This document shows positions 46,532 to 58,806 of a stretch of DNA of 64,000 nt, one piece after another. Position numbers and translations under genes: made by a program. Location: contig CAYPUA010000007.1 in the NCBI GenBank assembly GCA_964413875.1, forward strand, positions 45,139 through 109,138, written 5' to 3'. The notes below the pieces were generated by a model that saw only the letters and a list, made by a program, of their open reading frames with translations, did not search any database and was not told the DNA's origin. Every line of letters begins with the position of its first letter. The first letter of the stretch is position 1. Source of the stretch: an uncultured Bdellovibrionales bacterium. GTDB taxonomy: Bacteria; Bdellovibrionota_C; UBA2361; OMII01.

Positions 46532-46846
46532 AGGGCGCTTCAATCCAGTCGTTTAGGCTGCTTAGGCTGCCCCCAGTAGGCAGGGGGCGGAGTTGAAGCT
46601 GCGCTTTCATTATGGTACCCTCCGACGACTCCAGTGGGATCCCCCGCTGGGCAGCCGCAGTTCCTGTGGCTGCAACGTTATCCTGATAACGAGTGGTTTC
46701 TCAGGGTCACGCTATCGGTGGCAACGCATGGGTTTCGTCCAGAGTCCGGCGTTGAGACAGGTAAGTTGCTGGGGGGTAGTCCTAAAAGCTTGAGGCGCGA
46801 GTGTCTCGGCGTGTTCTGGAGGTGCAGGAGCAGTGAAAGATTCCGT

Positions 46847-47398
46847 ATGGCAGTTGGCGCCCTAAATCCGGTTTCCGGTTCCCTTTGGGAGGCTATCAGC
46901 GAGATAGCCGCTGAGGAGGGCGTCACGCTTTTCGACATGGACCTTCCAGGTGGTGGCGAGAGCGGGCACGGCGGAATCTTGCGGGTGTACATCTACCGCC
47001 CGAAGGGAGCTGAGCCGGCGCCAGTTGAAGAGCCGCAAGCAGAAGGCGATGAAGAGCATCCTCGCAGGACGGGGGTGTCGTTTGAGGATTGCACTCGCGT
47101 AGCGAAGCGCATTCTCGACGTCGACGAGCAGGAAGGGCTAATCCCTGAAGGTTGTCTGCTTGAGGTGTCGAGTCCTGGCATCAACCGCAGGCTCCGCAGG
47201 GCGGAGCACTTCTGCGAAGCGGTCGGAGAGCGTGTTCGGCTCAAGTTCCGCGAGCAGAGCGGCTCGTATCGAGTGGCGACAGGGATGCTCGCCGCTGCAG
47301 ACAGCGAGTCCTTGCGCCTCGAGATCGAGGAGCGGGACGAAGTGGTACATGTAAGCCTGAGGGACGTCAAAGACGCCCGAGTGGACTTTAAGTTTTAG
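46847..47398 (+). CDS. rimP: Ribosome maturation factor RimP.
   Basis: LWEAISEIAAEEGVTLFDMDL, GILRVYIY, and the C-terminal LEVSSPGINRRL signature. First gene before nusA. Confidence 0.8.
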   Translation: MAVGALNPVSGSLWEAISEIAAEEGVTLFDMDLPGGGESGHGGILRVYIYRPKGAEPAPVEEPQAEGDEEHPRRTGVSFEDCTRVAKRILDVDEQEGLIPEGCLLEVSSPGINRRLRRAEHFCEAVGERVRLKFREQSGSYRVATGMLAAADSESLRLEIEERDEVVHVSLRDVKDARVDFKF

Positions 47399-47460
47399 AG
47401 AAGCTTCGGGGCGCGAGGAGAAAGAAGCCCCGTGGCGAGAGAAAAAGATGAGGTAATGCT

Positions 47461-48957
47461 ATGTCAGCAAACTTTGACCTGAACGCGATTCTTAGCCAGA
47501 TGGGCCGCGACAAAGGCATCGATAAGCAGGTGCTTATTGAAGCCGTTGAGTCTGCGATGCTCTCTGCAGCGCGCAAGCACTTCGGCCACAGCCTCAACCT
47601 CGAGACCAAGCTCAACGAGGAGACAGGCGAGATCGAAGTGGTGCAGTTCAAGGTTGTCGTCGACAACGTCGAAGATCCTGACACCCAGATCTCGGTGGCC
47701 GAGGCTCGCGAGACAGTTGACCCCGACGCCATGGTCGGCGACGAGCTCGGAAAGAAGCTGGACACAGAGGTGCTCGGCCGTATCGCCGCCCAGACCGCCA
47801 AGCAGGTTATCATGCAGAAGGTGCGTGATGCGGAGCGTGGGGTTATCTACGAGGAGTACAAAGACTCTAAGGGCGACCTAATCAACGGCATCGTGCTCCG
47901 ACTTGAGCGCGGAAACATTATCGTCAACCTTGGCCGCACAGAGGCTATCCTGCCGAAGCGTGAGCAGATCTCTCGTGAGCGTTACCGCCCTGGAGACCGC
48001 CTGCGTGGAATGATCCTCGATGTTGATCGCTCAGCTCGTGGCCCCCAGATCGTTCTCACGCGCAGCCATCCGGACCTGCTCAAGAAGCTTTTCGAGCTTG
48101 AGGTGCCAGAGATCGCTGATCGCGTCATCGAGCTCAAGGCTGTCGCCCGTGAGCCGGGTGAGCGCGCTAAGATCGCGGTCAGTTCGAGCGACCCGAGCGT
48201 TGATCCAGTTGGAGCCTGCGTCGGCATCAAGGGTTCCCGCGTGCAAGCAGTTGTTCAGGAGCTGCGTGGCGAGCGCATCGACATCATCACCTGGACCCCA
48301 GATGAGCCATCATTCGTTGCGCGTGCTCTGTCGCCGGCAGAGGTTAGCCGAGTCGTTGTCGACGAGGACCAGCACTCGATGGAGGTTATCGTTCCAGACG
48401 ACCAGCTCTCGCTTGCGATCGGCCGCCGTGGCCAGAATGTTAAGCTCGCTAGCAAGCTTACAGGCTGGCGCCTTGACGTGCGAAGCGTTTCTGTTGCTGA
48501 GGAAGAGGCTCGCCGCGCGCGTGCTGCCCTCAGCTCCATCCCGAACATCGACTTCATGCATGCAGAGCTTCTCTTCCAGCACGGCTACCGCAGTGTTCGT
48601 GAAGTCGCTGATGCGGCACTTGAGGAGCTGTTCGAGGTAGAGGGGCTGAGCCAGGACCAGGCTTCGGAGATCCACCGTTCAGCGAAGGACTACGCTGAGA
48701 AGATGGGCGACCTGCTCGACCAGGTGGCAGAAGTGGGCGGCGATGCGGTTTCGGACCTTGAGCGCCTGCCAATACCAGCGGATATCCGAGAGATGTTAGT
48801 TGGAGCAGGATTCAAGACGATTCAGGCAGTCGTTGAGGCTGAAGATGAGGCTTTGAAGCAGGTGAGCGGCATCGAGGAGGGCGATATCGCGCAGATCCGT
48901 GCGGCGGTGGAGAACTTCTTGCGAACGGGAAGCGTTCGCCCAGCTCCGAGTCTCTAG
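47461..48957 (+). CDS. nusA: Transcription termination/antitermination factor NusA, with C-terminal acidic repeat (AR) domains.
   Basis: N-terminal domain, S1, KH1/KH2 (GACVGIKGSRVQAVVQEL, IGRRGQNVKLASKLTGW), and two HhH AR repeats. 498 aa. Confidence 0.9.
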   Translation: MSANFDLNAILSQMGRDKGIDKQVLIEAVESAMLSAARKHFGHSLNLETKLNEETGEIEVVQFKVVVDNVEDPDTQISVAEARETVDPDAMVGDELGKKLDTEVLGRIAAQTAKQVIMQKVRDAERGVIYEEYKDSKGDLINGIVLRLERGNIIVNLGRTEAILPKREQISRERYRPGDRLRGMILDVDRSARGPQIVLTRSHPDLLKKLFELEVPEIADRVIELKAVAREPGERAKIAVSSSDPSVDPVGACVGIKGSRVQAVVQELRGERIDIITWTPDEPSFVARALSPAEVSRVVVDEDQHSMEVIVPDDQLSLAIGRRGQNVKLASKLTGWRLDVRSVSVAEEEARRARAALSSIPNIDFMHAELLFQHGYRSVREVADAALEELFEVEGLSQDQASEIHRSAKDYAEKMGDLLDQVAEVGGDAVSDLERLPIPADIREMLVGAGFKTIQAVVEAEDEALKQVSGIEEGDIAQIRAAVENFLRTGSVRPAPSL

Positions 48958-48987
48958 GTTTTAGCAGCCTTGAAACGGGGGTAGAGC

Positions 48988-49329
48988 TTGGCCGGCCAGG
49001 AGCGCACGTGTGTTGTATGCCGCGCGAAAGGCACCAAGGGAGCCCTTGTGCGGGTGGTTTTGCGTGATGGCGCAATTGTTTTGGATCCTAACCAGGATCT
49101 CCCAGGCAGAGGCGGCTACGTGCATCGTTCAATCGGTTGCGCGAGCAAGATGGCGCAGCCGGGGAGGTGGGAGAGGGCCCTGCGGGCGGAGCCGGGGGCA
49201 GTGCGCGCTGAAGATTTGCGGCGCGCTGCACACGGCTTGATGGGCGAGCTACAAAGTGAGCTGCGAGTCGAGCCGACCGCCGCCGAGACGAAGCCGTTAG
49301 GGCGGTTTGGTCTAGGCAAAAAGCGCTGA
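48988..49329 (+). CDS. ylxR: YlxR-family (DUF448) RNA-binding protein in the nusA-infB interval.
   Basis: RTCVVCR...GRGGYVH motif. Canonical position between nusA and infB. Confidence 0.7.
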   Translation: MAGQERTCVVCRAKGTKGALVRVVLRDGAIVLDPNQDLPGRGGYVHRSIGCASKMAQPGRWERALRAEPGAVRAEDLRRAAHGLMGELQSELRVEPTAAETKPLGRFGLGKKR

Positions 49330-49431
49330 GTGGCGCTTGAGAGGTTGCGAGGAAGTAGTTTTAGGCGAACCGCCTAGTGGTACAGAGAGCCGGCAACGGC
49401 GAAAGGTAAGCTCAGATAGAGCAAGAAACAC

Positions 49432-52011
49432 ATGTCAAAGATACGAATTCACGAATTAGCAAAAGAGCTGGCCGTCGATAACAAAGTTATCCTCTCGAAG
49501 GCTCAGGAGCTTGGCTTCAAGGGAAAGAGCTCCCACTCACACTCGCTGGATGCTGACGAGGCCGATGCGATTCGTCGCGCGCTCATTAGGCAGGCGATGG
49601 GCACGCCAAAGAGCCACAACTCTGAAACGGTCACTCGCCGAGTTGACCGGGTGACGGGCGCCACGGAGGCCGTGGTTGAGCGCCGTTCTGGAGACGTTAT
49701 CCGGCGTCGACGCTCGGTGGATGCAGAGCAGCCGCGAGGAGCGGCCCAGGAAGCTGCATCTTCGGCGGCCCATGGTGGTGCAGCCAGGGACTTAAGCCAG
49801 GGTCCAGAGGAGGAGGCGGCAGAGGTCGAGGCGATCGAGCCCCAAGCTGCTAATGATGTCGACGGTGGTGAGGCGGTCGAGGAGACCGTGGTAATCGAGG
49901 AGACGGCGCCTGAGGCTGTCGAAGGTGCTGTCGCCGAGGTGAGTGATAAAGCCGCCGTGGGCCCGAAGATTCTCGGCAAGATCGAGCTGCCGCAGCGTCG
50001 CACAATCGTTAAGCCAGTCGATGCAAAACGCCCGGTCAAGGGGCCGACACCCGCTCCGGGGCGTCCAGTCATTATCGACGAGGAAGAGGGGCAGCCGAAG
50101 AAAGGATTCAAGAAAGGGCGGAAGCGGGAAATCAGCAGCAGCGACCTTCTCGACTACGGTGGGCGAGAAGTTCGCCGTTCGAAGCCGAAGAATCGCAGAG
50201 GGCAGGAGGATGAGTCGCGCGGCGGCGAGGCTGATAAGCCCAAGGTAGCCAAGCGCGTAATTGAGCTCGGCGACTCGATAACGGTTGGCGAGCTCGCAAA
50301 GCAGATGAGCCTCAAGTCAGGCGAGGTCATCGCCAAGCTCTTGAGCCTCGGTGTTTTGGCGACGATCAACCACGCCATCGACAAGGATACGGCCCAGATC
50401 GTCGCTGACGAGCTCGGGTACGAAGTAAAGCACGTCGAATTCAACGAGCAGGATATCATCCAGGATGTGGCGGAAGAGGCGGAGGGAGACCTGAAGCCGA
50501 GAGCGCCAGTTGTCACCGTTATGGGCCACGTCGACCACGGCAAAACGTCGCTGCTCGACAAGATCCGCAGCTCGTCGGTTGCGGCTAAGGAAGCTGGAGG
50601 AATCACCCAGCACATAGGCGCCTACAGCGTCACAACTGAGGGCGGCAAAGAGATTACTTTTATCGACACTCCAGGCCACGCAGCGTTCACCGCGATGCGT
50701 GCCCGCGGAGCCCAGGTTACTGACATCGTCGTGCTCGTTGTGGCAGCCGACGACGGCGTGATGCCGCAAACGCGCGAGGCGATTAACCACGCGCAGGCTG
50801 CGAAGGTTCCGATCGTTGTTGCGGTCAACAAGATGGACAAGCAAGACGCCAACCCAGACAAGGTGCGCACGCAGCTCGCTGAGCACGGCTTGCAGCCGGA
50901 GGATTGGGGTGGTGACACGATGTTCTTCCCTGTCTCGGCGCTCAAGGGAGATGGAATTAAGGAGCTGCTCGAGGGCTTGCTGCTCTTGGCAGAAGTTAAG
51001 GAGCTCAAGGCGAACCCAGACCGCCGCGCTAAGGGAACGGTTATTGAAAGCCGCCAGGATCGCGGACGAGGTGTCGTTGCGACAGTGCTGGTTCAGGCCG
51101 GAACGCTCCGCGTCGGCGACGTATTCGTGAGCGGCTCGGAATTCGGGCGTGTCCGAACGATGTCTGACTACAAGGGCCAGAAGCTTGAGTCTGCCGGGCC
51201 GTCGGTCCCGGTGGAGATCACCGGCCTGAACGGAATGCCGGAGTCGGGCGATGACTTCATCGTGATGGAGAGCGAGGCTGATGCCCGCGAGGTTTCCTCC
51301 AATCGTGCCCAGCGCAAGGAGCAGCAGCAGCGGTCGCTTGCGGCTGGCCCGATAAGCCTCGAAGAGTTTGCGAAGCGGGCGAGCAGCCAGGCGGCGCAGG
51401 AGCTCAACGTCATCCTCAAGGCTGACGTGCAGGGCTCAGTTGAGGCCGTTCGTGAGTCAATCGAGAAGCTGTCCGGCGAGAAGGTGAAGGTGCGGGTGCT
51501 CCACTCCGCTGTGGGAGGCATCAACGAGAGCGATATCCAGCTAGCGATCGCCTCTCGCGCCATTATCGTCGGCTTCGGAGTGCGGGCAGAGCCGCGCGCC
51601 ATGGCAGACGCAGAGCAGTCTGGCGTCGAGATTCGCTTCTACCGCGTTATCTACGAGCTCCTTGAGGATATCAAGAAGGCGATGGTCGGCTTGCTTGAGC
51701 CGATTCGGCAGGAGTCGAGCCTTGGGCGCGTTGAGGTCCGAGAGACCTTCAGCATTCCCAAGATTGGCGTTATTGCCGGCTGCTACGTCACCGGTGGTCT
51801 TGTGCGCAGAAACGCAAACGCGCGCCTGCTCCGCGACAATCGAGTCATTCACGAAGGGAAGATGTCGAGCCTCAAGCGCTTCAAGGACGACGTCCGTGAA
51901 GTGCAGGCTGGCTTTGAGTGCGGTATCGGGCTTGAGGGCTTCAACGACGTCAAGATTGGCGACGTTGTCGAGATCTTTGAGTACAAGGAGATAGCTCCAA
52001 CGCTCGAGTAG
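49432..52011 (+). CDS. infB: Translation initiation factor IF-2.
   Basis: N-terminal [13 protein letters not shown]; G domain [25 protein letters not shown]; C-terminal beta-barrels. 859 aa. Confidence 0.9.
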   Translation: MSKIRIHELAKELAVDNKVILSKAQELGFKGKSSHSHSLDADEADAIRRALIRQAMGTPKSHNSETVTRRVDRVTGATEAVVERRSGDVIRRRRSVDAEQPRGAAQEAASSAAHGGAARDLSQGPEEEAAEVEAIEPQAANDVDGGEAVEETVVIEETAPEAVEGAVAEVSDKAAVGPKILGKIELPQRRTIVKPVDAKRPVKGPTPAPGRPVIIDEEEGQPKKGFKKGRKREISSSDLLDYGGREVRRSKPKNRRGQEDESRGGEADKPKVAKRVIELGDSITVGELAKQMSLKSGEVIAKLLSLGVLATINHAIDKDTAQIVADELGYEVKHVEFNEQDIIQDVAEEAEGDLKPRAPVVTVMGHVDHGKTSLLDKIRSSSVAAKEAGGITQHIGAYSVTTEGGKEITFIDTPGHAAFTAMRARGAQVTDIVVLVVAADDGVMPQTREAINHAQAAKVPIVVAVNKMDKQDANPDKVRTQLAEHGLQPEDWGGDTMFFPVSALKGDGIKELLEGLLLLAEVKELKANPDRRAKGTVIESRQDRGRGVVATVLVQAGTLRVGDVFVSGSEFGRVRTMSDYKGQKLESAGPSVPVEITGLNGMPESGDDFIVMESEADAREVSSNRAQRKEQQQRSLAAGPISLEEFAKRASSQAAQELNVILKADVQGSVEAVRESIEKLSGEKVKVRVLHSAVGGINESDIQLAIASRAIIVGFGVRAEPRAMADAEQSGVEIRFYRVIYELLEDIKKAMVGLLEPIRQESSLGRVEVRETFSIPKIGVIAGCYVTGGLVRRNANARLLRDNRVIHEGKMSSLKRFKDDVREVQAGFECGIGLEGFNDVKIGDVVEIFEYKEIAPTLE

Positions 52012-52031
52012 CGGCTGGGGAGATTTGCTTC

Positions 52032-52400
52032 ATGGCACGCAACAGGCGAGTGTACCAGATTGGGGAGCGGATCAAGGAGCTGGTGGCGGAACACCTGATC
52101 CACTCGGCCGACCCTCGTTTTACGCTCGTCACGATTACCTCGGTCATGGTCTCGCCAGATCTTGGCCTTGCAAAGGTGTACTGGGTGGTCTCCTTCACCT
52201 CGGACATGGACCGTGAGCAGCGTATCAGCGAGGTCGAGGAGGCATTCGAAGCGGGGCAGGGCCATCTTCGCCACATCATCTCCAAGCAGCTTGGCATCCG
52301 TTTCGTGCCGCATCTCCGTTTCTACTACGACGATACTCTCGACACTGTTGAGCAGGTCGAACGGCTGATGAACAGGATAAAAGGGCCGGAGACGCCATGA
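52032..52400 (+). CDS. rbfA: Ribosome-binding factor A.
   Basis: RRVYQIGERIKELVAEHLI...LVTITSVMVSPDLGLAKVY. Confidence 0.85.
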   Translation: MARNRRVYQIGERIKELVAEHLIHSADPRFTLVTITSVMVSPDLGLAKVYWVVSFTSDMDREQRISEVEEAFEAGQGHLRHIISKQLGIRFVPHLRFYYDDTLDTVEQVERLMNRIKGPETP

Positions 52401-53407
52401 CGACGGCTGAGAATGTTGTTGGCGGCGTGCTCGATGCCATCCTCGCCTCAAAGAGGGCGGTCGTGCTGGCTCACACAAATCCCGACGCAGATGCGTACGG
52501 CTCTTCGTGCGGACTCGCTGCAGGCCTCCGGCAGCTCGGGCTCTCGGTTTCGGTGCACAACGAGAGCGGTTTCATCCCTCGGTATTCAGTCATACCGGGC
52601 GCAAGCGAAGTAACGAAGGGAGCGCCTCCTGAACTCGGAGGGGACGACCTTCTGATAGTGTGCGACTGTGGCGCTCTTGAGCGAGTCGGAGACACGCTCG
52701 TTCCGTACGTCCAGTCGGCCAAGCGGGTCATCAACATCGACCACCACAACTCAAACACAAACTTCGGGCACCTCAATTTCGTTGTCGACGGTGCGAGCTC
52801 GACTTCAGAGCTCGTGTTCGATGTTCTCAAAGCTGCCGAGAAGCAGCTTGGCCAGTCGGGAGTCATTAGCGCACAAGCCGCTGCCTGCCTGCTCGCAGGA
52901 ATCATCGGCGACACTGGCTCCTTCCGCTATCCGAGCACAACCCCGAAGACATTCCGCACTGCTGCTGAGCTTATGGAGCGCGGCGCTCGCCCAGACTTGC
53001 TCACGCAGGAGCTCTTCGCAAATCACTCGCTGGCAGCGGTGAGGCTCCAAGCTGAGGCTCTCACAAACATCTCGATTCTAAACGGCGGCGCATTCGCCGA
53101 AGTGGTTGTGACTCAGGAGATGCTCAAGCGCCTCGGGGCAGACCTGCTCGACGCCGATTCTCTTGCCGAGCGCGCCCGCGATATCGAGGGTGTGCGTGTG
53201 GCGGCACTCTTCAAGCAGGATGTTGATATGTGGCGCGTTAGCCTGCGTTCCCGTCTCGGGGCAGTTGATGTTGCTGCAGTTGCTCAAGCCTTCGGTGGTG
53301 GCGGGCACAAGCCTGCGGCTGCCTTCCGTTGGCGGAAAGATTTTGAGTCTCTCAAGCAGCAGCTCCGGGAGAAGGTAGCCGAGGCACTCGCCGCCCGGCA
53401 TGCGTAA
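52397..53407 (+). CDS. nrnA: DHH/DHHA1 phosphoesterase (NrnA-like bifunctional oligoribonuclease / pAp phosphatase).
   Basis: DHH motifs HTNPDADAYGS, NIDHHNSN; DHHA1 GGGH. Confidence 0.8.
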   Translation: MTTAENVVGGVLDAILASKRAVVLAHTNPDADAYGSSCGLAAGLRQLGLSVSVHNESGFIPRYSVIPGASEVTKGAPPELGGDDLLIVCDCGALERVGDTLVPYVQSAKRVINIDHHNSNTNFGHLNFVVDGASSTSELVFDVLKAAEKQLGQSGVISAQAAACLLAGIIGDTGSFRYPSTTPKTFRTAAELMERGARPDLLTQELFANHSLAAVRLQAEALTNISILNGGAFAEVVVTQEMLKRLGADLLDADSLAERARDIEGVRVAALFKQDVDMWRVSLRSRLGAVDVAAVAQAFGGGGHKPAAAFRWRKDFESLKQQLREKVAEALAARHA

Positions 53408-54299
53408 CGGAATTATTCTCATAGACAAGCCGGCAGGAGTCACTTCGGCCGGAGTGGTGGCTCGCGTTAAGCGGATACTTGGGGCGTCACGTGTTGGACA
53501 TGCGGGCACGCTCGACCCTGACGCCACCGGCCTCCTTGTAATCCTCGTCAACGGCGCGACCCGTGTGGCTTCATACGCCGCCGACGGGAGCAAGGTGTAC
53601 AGCGGGACGTTTACGTTCGGTATTCGTACCTCGACGGATGATGTGTTCGGCGAGGTTCTTGCCACGAGCGCTGAGATTCCGGCGTTCGCAGAGATAGAGC
53701 GGCAATCGAGGGGCTTTGTGGGCGAATTCGACCAGGTGCCGCCAAAAGTCAGTGCGGTCAAAGTTGGCGGAAAGCGGGCGCACAAGCTACAGCGTGGCGG
53801 ACTGGAGTTTGAGCTTGAGCCGAGAAGAGTCACGGCACATTCCTTTGAAGTTAAGCCAGGCCCGTCTGCCAATACAGTGCAGTACCGAGTCTCCTGCTCG
53901 CCGGGTTTCTATGTCCGAGCACTAGCCCGTGACCTCGGAGAGGCTCTGGGCTGTGGTGGGGCGGCGTCGGCTATCCGGCGCGAAAGGTCCGGGCACCTCA
54001 GTGTTGAAGGTGCGGCCACACTCGAAGCTGTTGGGTGGGAGTCACTGCAAGATTGGTCGGTGCTCCTTCCTGAAGTCCCCCGTATCGAGCTGCCGGTGGC
54101 GCTGGCGGCGTCGATTCACAACGGGCAGCGTTCCTCGCTCAGGGAAGCGGCACGCCATCCGGCTATTGTTCCGCTGCTTGGGACTCCGGGGATTTTTCTC
54201 TACGGCGCTCAAGGCAATCCAGAGACGATGGGCATTCTGGCAATTTCCCCCGACGGTCAGCTCCAGTTCGAGCTGAATCTTGGGCTAAAGGAAGCCTGA
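53400..54299 (+). CDS. truB: tRNA pseudouridine(55) synthase TruB.
   Basis: GIILIDKPAGVTSAGVV...GHAGTLDPDATGLL catalytic-Asp motif. Confidence 0.85.
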   Translation: MRNGIILIDKPAGVTSAGVVARVKRILGASRVGHAGTLDPDATGLLVILVNGATRVASYAADGSKVYSGTFTFGIRTSTDDVFGEVLATSAEIPAFAEIERQSRGFVGEFDQVPPKVSAVKVGGKRAHKLQRGGLEFELEPRRVTAHSFEVKPGPSANTVQYRVSCSPGFYVRALARDLGEALGCGGAASAIRRERSGHLSVEGAATLEAVGWESLQDWSVLLPEVPRIELPVALAASIHNGQRSSLREAARHPAIVPLLGTPGIFLYGAQGNPETMGILAISPDGQLQFELNLGLKEA

Positions 54300-54323
54300 C
54301 GCATCGCCCCTTTTTCGGTATAG

Positions 54324-55679
<1,356 letters not shown>

Positions 55680-55776
55680 GCAAGAACGCTTTCTGAGCTA
55701 TTTCCGGCCAAAAGTGTAGTGCCTTTTGGCGCCCTTCGTGTTAAGTCACTCCTCGTGTATTAACAGGTAGTTACCT

Positions 55777-56172
55777 ATGAAACTTAAGTTCCTGTCCTCA
55801 CTCTGCGCAGCTTTTCTTGTGAACACAGCCGAGGCTTTTGCCGACAACATCGTTCCGCAGGGGGCTGACGCGCCAGCACAGAAGTCGTTCATGCAGGTGC
55901 TCTCTGAGACCGCGCCATTAATCGTTATCTGCTACGCCGTTTTTTACTTCATGGTCATCAGACCGCAGGACCGCAAGACGAAGGCCCAGAAAGCGTTGCT
56001 TGAGACGCTCAAGAAGGGGGAGTCCGTTGTTACCTCCTCAGGGATCGTTGGTCGGGTGGCCGGGACAGACGCAGGGTTCGTTACCCTTGAGATCGCGCCG
56101 AACGTGCGCATCAAGATCGAGACCGCTCACGTTGTGCGGCGCGAGAAGGAAGAGACGAAGGCAGCAGCGTAG
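55777..56172 (+). CDS. yajC: Preprotein translocase subunit YajC.
   Basis: Transmembrane segment then IRPQDRKTKAQKALLETLKKGESVVTSSGIVGRV. The true start may be an internal Met. Confidence 0.75.
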   Translation: MKLKFLSSLCAAFLVNTAEAFADNIVPQGADAPAQKSFMQVLSETAPLIVICYAVFYFMVIRPQDRKTKAQKALLETLKKGESVVTSSGIVGRVAGTDAGFVTLEIAPNVRIKIETAHVVRREKEETKAAA

Positions 56173-56189
56173 TAATTGGTCGAGGGGCT

Positions 56190-57725
56190 ATGGGCAGAGA
56201 TATCGTTCAGCGAGCACTGATCGTTGGCTTGATAACGGCGGCGGCGGTGCTGTCGCTCTTGCCGACAGTGGTACGGGACAGCTTCACCGAGAAGTGGTTC
56301 ACGAAGCCGATGGCGCTTGGCCTAGACATTAGCGGAGGTGTTCACCTGGTGTATCAGGTCAAGGCTGCGGAGGCTGTTAAGAGCCGGCTCCAGTCAACCC
56401 TGAGCGGCATCCGTGCTGAGCTTCGCGCACGCAAGATTGCGGTTACAAAGTCGTCAGTGCAGCCGGACAACACGCTGCAGGTCACCCTGCTCTCAGAGTC
56501 ATCAGTGGAGCCGAGCCGAGCCATCGTCAGCGAGAAGTTCAGCGAGCTTTCGTTCCTAAGGGCCGAGGTCGACGGAGGGCAACAACGGCTCGTTTTCGGC
56601 TACTCGCCGCAGATGGTCACACTGATCGAGAAAGACGCCGTGGAGCAGGCGATCGAGACACTCCGTAGCCGCGTAGACACGTTCGGCGTTGCGGAGCCCC
56701 TCATTCAGCGTTCCGGGGAAGACCGTATTATCTTGCAGATGCCCGGTGTTTCGGACGTAGAGGCGGTGAAGCGCATCGTTGGCAACGTCGCGAAGCTGGA
56801 GTTCCGCCTAGTTCCCACCGGAGCCTCCTCCTCGGTCGGAACGGTTTCTCTCCGTGGCAAGACAGGTGAAACCGTGCTCGTAGAGGACCAGGCTCTCATG
56901 ACGGGTGACGCTGTGTCGGATGCCCGCGTCAACATCGACCAGAAGGGTGAGGTACAGGTATCGCTTAAGCTAACGCCGTCGGGTGGCCAGACCTTTGCCC
57001 GCATCACCTCTGAAAATGTGGGGCGCCAGCTCGCGATTGTCCTCAATGGTGTTGTCACATCGTCTCCGGTGATTCGAGAGCCTATTACTGACGGAAACGC
57101 CTCGATCTCAGGCGGCTTCACGATGGATGAAGCGAAGGAGCTAAAGGTCGTTCTCAAGTCCGGCGCTCTTCCGGCTCCGCTCGAGATTCTAGAAGAGAGA
57201 ACCGTTGGCCCAACGCTCGGGCTTGAGTCGGTCAAGAAGGGGCTTCTCGCCATGGCGATCGGTTTCGGAACGATATCGCTCTTTATGGTGGTGTACTACC
57301 TAAAGTCAGGGCTGGTTGCGGTAGGGACTCTGGTGCTGAACGCAGTCTTGATGATGGGATGCCTCTCGCTCTTCGGTGCAACGCTCACGCTGCCTGGCCT
57401 GGCGGGCTTAGCCCTCACAATCGGTATGGCGGTCGACTCAAACGTTATCATTTTCGAGCGTATCCGAGACGAGATTCGAAACGGGGCGAGCCGAGATCTT
57501 GCGGTCCATACGGGCTTCGACAAGGCCTTCGGAGCCATCTTCGACTCGAATATCACTACCCTGTTGGCGGGTGGGATCCTGTACTACTTCGGCACAGGAG
57601 CGATTCGGGGCTTTGCGGTAACTCTCTCAGTGGGAATCGCCACAACGCTCTTCTGTGCAGTGTACGTTGCTCGCCTCTGCTTCGATTACTTCGAGCTGAA
57701 GGGCAAGCAAGGACTTTCGATTTAA
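56190..57725 (+). CDS. secD: Protein translocase subunit SecD.
   Basis: N-terminal transmembrane segment, large periplasmic domain, and a C-terminal 5-TM RND-like bundle. Confidence 0.85.
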   Translation: MGRDIVQRALIVGLITAAAVLSLLPTVVRDSFTEKWFTKPMALGLDISGGVHLVYQVKAAEAVKSRLQSTLSGIRAELRARKIAVTKSSVQPDNTLQVTLLSESSVEPSRAIVSEKFSELSFLRAEVDGGQQRLVFGYSPQMVTLIEKDAVEQAIETLRSRVDTFGVAEPLIQRSGEDRIILQMPGVSDVEAVKRIVGNVAKLEFRLVPTGASSSVGTVSLRGKTGETVLVEDQALMTGDAVSDARVNIDQKGEVQVSLKLTPSGGQTFARITSENVGRQLAIVLNGVVTSSPVIREPITDGNASISGGFTMDEAKELKVVLKSGALPAPLEILEERTVGPTLGLESVKKGLLAMAIGFGTISLFMVVYYLKSGLVAVGTLVLNAVLMMGCLSLFGATLTLPGLAGLALTIGMAVDSNVIIFERIRDEIRNGASRDLAVHTGFDKAFGAIFDSNITTLLAGGILYYFGTGAIRGFAVTLSVGIATTLFCAVYVARLCFDYFELKGKQGLSI

Positions 57726-57739
57726 GGGCGGGGGCATTC

Positions 57740-58678
57740 ATGAGAGAGCTCATCTCTAGTTCGGTAAAGATCAACTTCATGGGGAAGCGCTACATCTGCG
57801 CTCTCATCTCGCTTGCCGCAGTCGCATGGGCGGTGTGGGTCTTCGTCTCCTCGGGCAACCAGAAGTTCGGCACGGACTTCCTGGGGGGCAGTGAGTTCCT
57901 AGTCTCCTTCCAGGGCGATTTCGACAGCGAAAAGATCCGTGCAGGCCTAGCGGCTAAGGGCTTGCCAGATGCGCGGGTGCAGGCATTCCAGGGGACCTCT
58001 AACGAGTACTCAATACGGCTTGGAGAGGGGGCGAATCCGACTGAGGTGCGTGCGAAAGTTGAAAGCGCGCTCGGCACTGCGTTCGGGACAGCGGCCCAGA
58101 TTCAGAAGACTGACTTCGTTGGGCCGACGATTGGAGCGGAGCTTCAGCGCAGCGCGCTAATTGCAGTTGGGCTCGGTCTTCTCGGCATCCTGCTGTACAT
58201 CGCTTTCCGCTTCGAGTTCGCGGTCGGGCTTGGCTCGATTATTGCGCTTTTTCATGACGTAACGATCGCGACCGGAATATACATCGCTTCGGGGCACCTG
58301 ATCGGCATGGCAACCCTGGCTGGTGCACTTACGATTGTGGGCTACTCGGTGAACGATACCGTGGTGGTGTTCGATCGCGTGCGCGAAGAGCGCCAGAAGC
58401 GCAAGAACGCAGATATCGCTTCCGTCGTAAACGAAGCCATCAATTTTACCCTCTCTCGCACCGTGATCACGCACGTGCTGACGCTTTTCTCGGCGCTCGC
58501 ACTGTACATCGTCGGGACGGGGGACATTAAGGACCTCAGCCTGTACCTCTGTGCGGGCATCGCGCTCGGCTGCTACTCGACGATCTTTATCGTTGCGCCG
58601 GTCGTTATCGCCTGGGAGAAGTTCCGTGGGCGGGAGCGCGTAGTGACGGTCTCTCAGGCGCAGGCGAAGCGCGCGTAG
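57740..58678 (+). CDS. secF: Protein translocase subunit SecF. The start is placed at the ATG after the secD stop; the ORF-track upstream extension is discarded.
   Basis: SecF signature: N-terminal transmembrane segment, periplasmic domain, 5-TM bundle. Directly follows secD. Confidence 0.85.
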   Translation: MRELISSSVKINFMGKRYICALISLAAVAWAVWVFVSSGNQKFGTDFLGGSEFLVSFQGDFDSEKIRAGLAAKGLPDARVQAFQGTSNEYSIRLGEGANPTEVRAKVESALGTAFGTAAQIQKTDFVGPTIGAELQRSALIAVGLGLLGILLYIAFRFEFAVGLGSIIALFHDVTIATGIYIASGHLIGMATLAGALTIVGYSVNDTVVVFDRVREERQKRKNADIASVVNEAINFTLSRTVITHVLTLFSALALYIVGTGDIKDLSLYLCAGIALGCYSTIFIVAPVVIAWEKFRGRERVVTVSQAQAKRA

Positions 58679-58806
58679 CGCTGGGGTGTCAGCATCGGCA
58701 TTTTTCTGTCATTGACGGTTTCGTTTGCAGGACAGTTGCTGTGTTTCCCGTTTTTTCTGGGGCGAAACGATCCTCTATTTTGGCGTGGTTGAATACACTC
58801 CGGTGA

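Noticed and set aside
57359-57739. ORF-track N-terminal extension of secF overlapping the last 370 nt of secD.
   Set aside because: Homology to SecF begins at the ATG at 57740 (MRELISSS...), immediately after the secD stop. The upstream extension is an open frame within secD, not coding.
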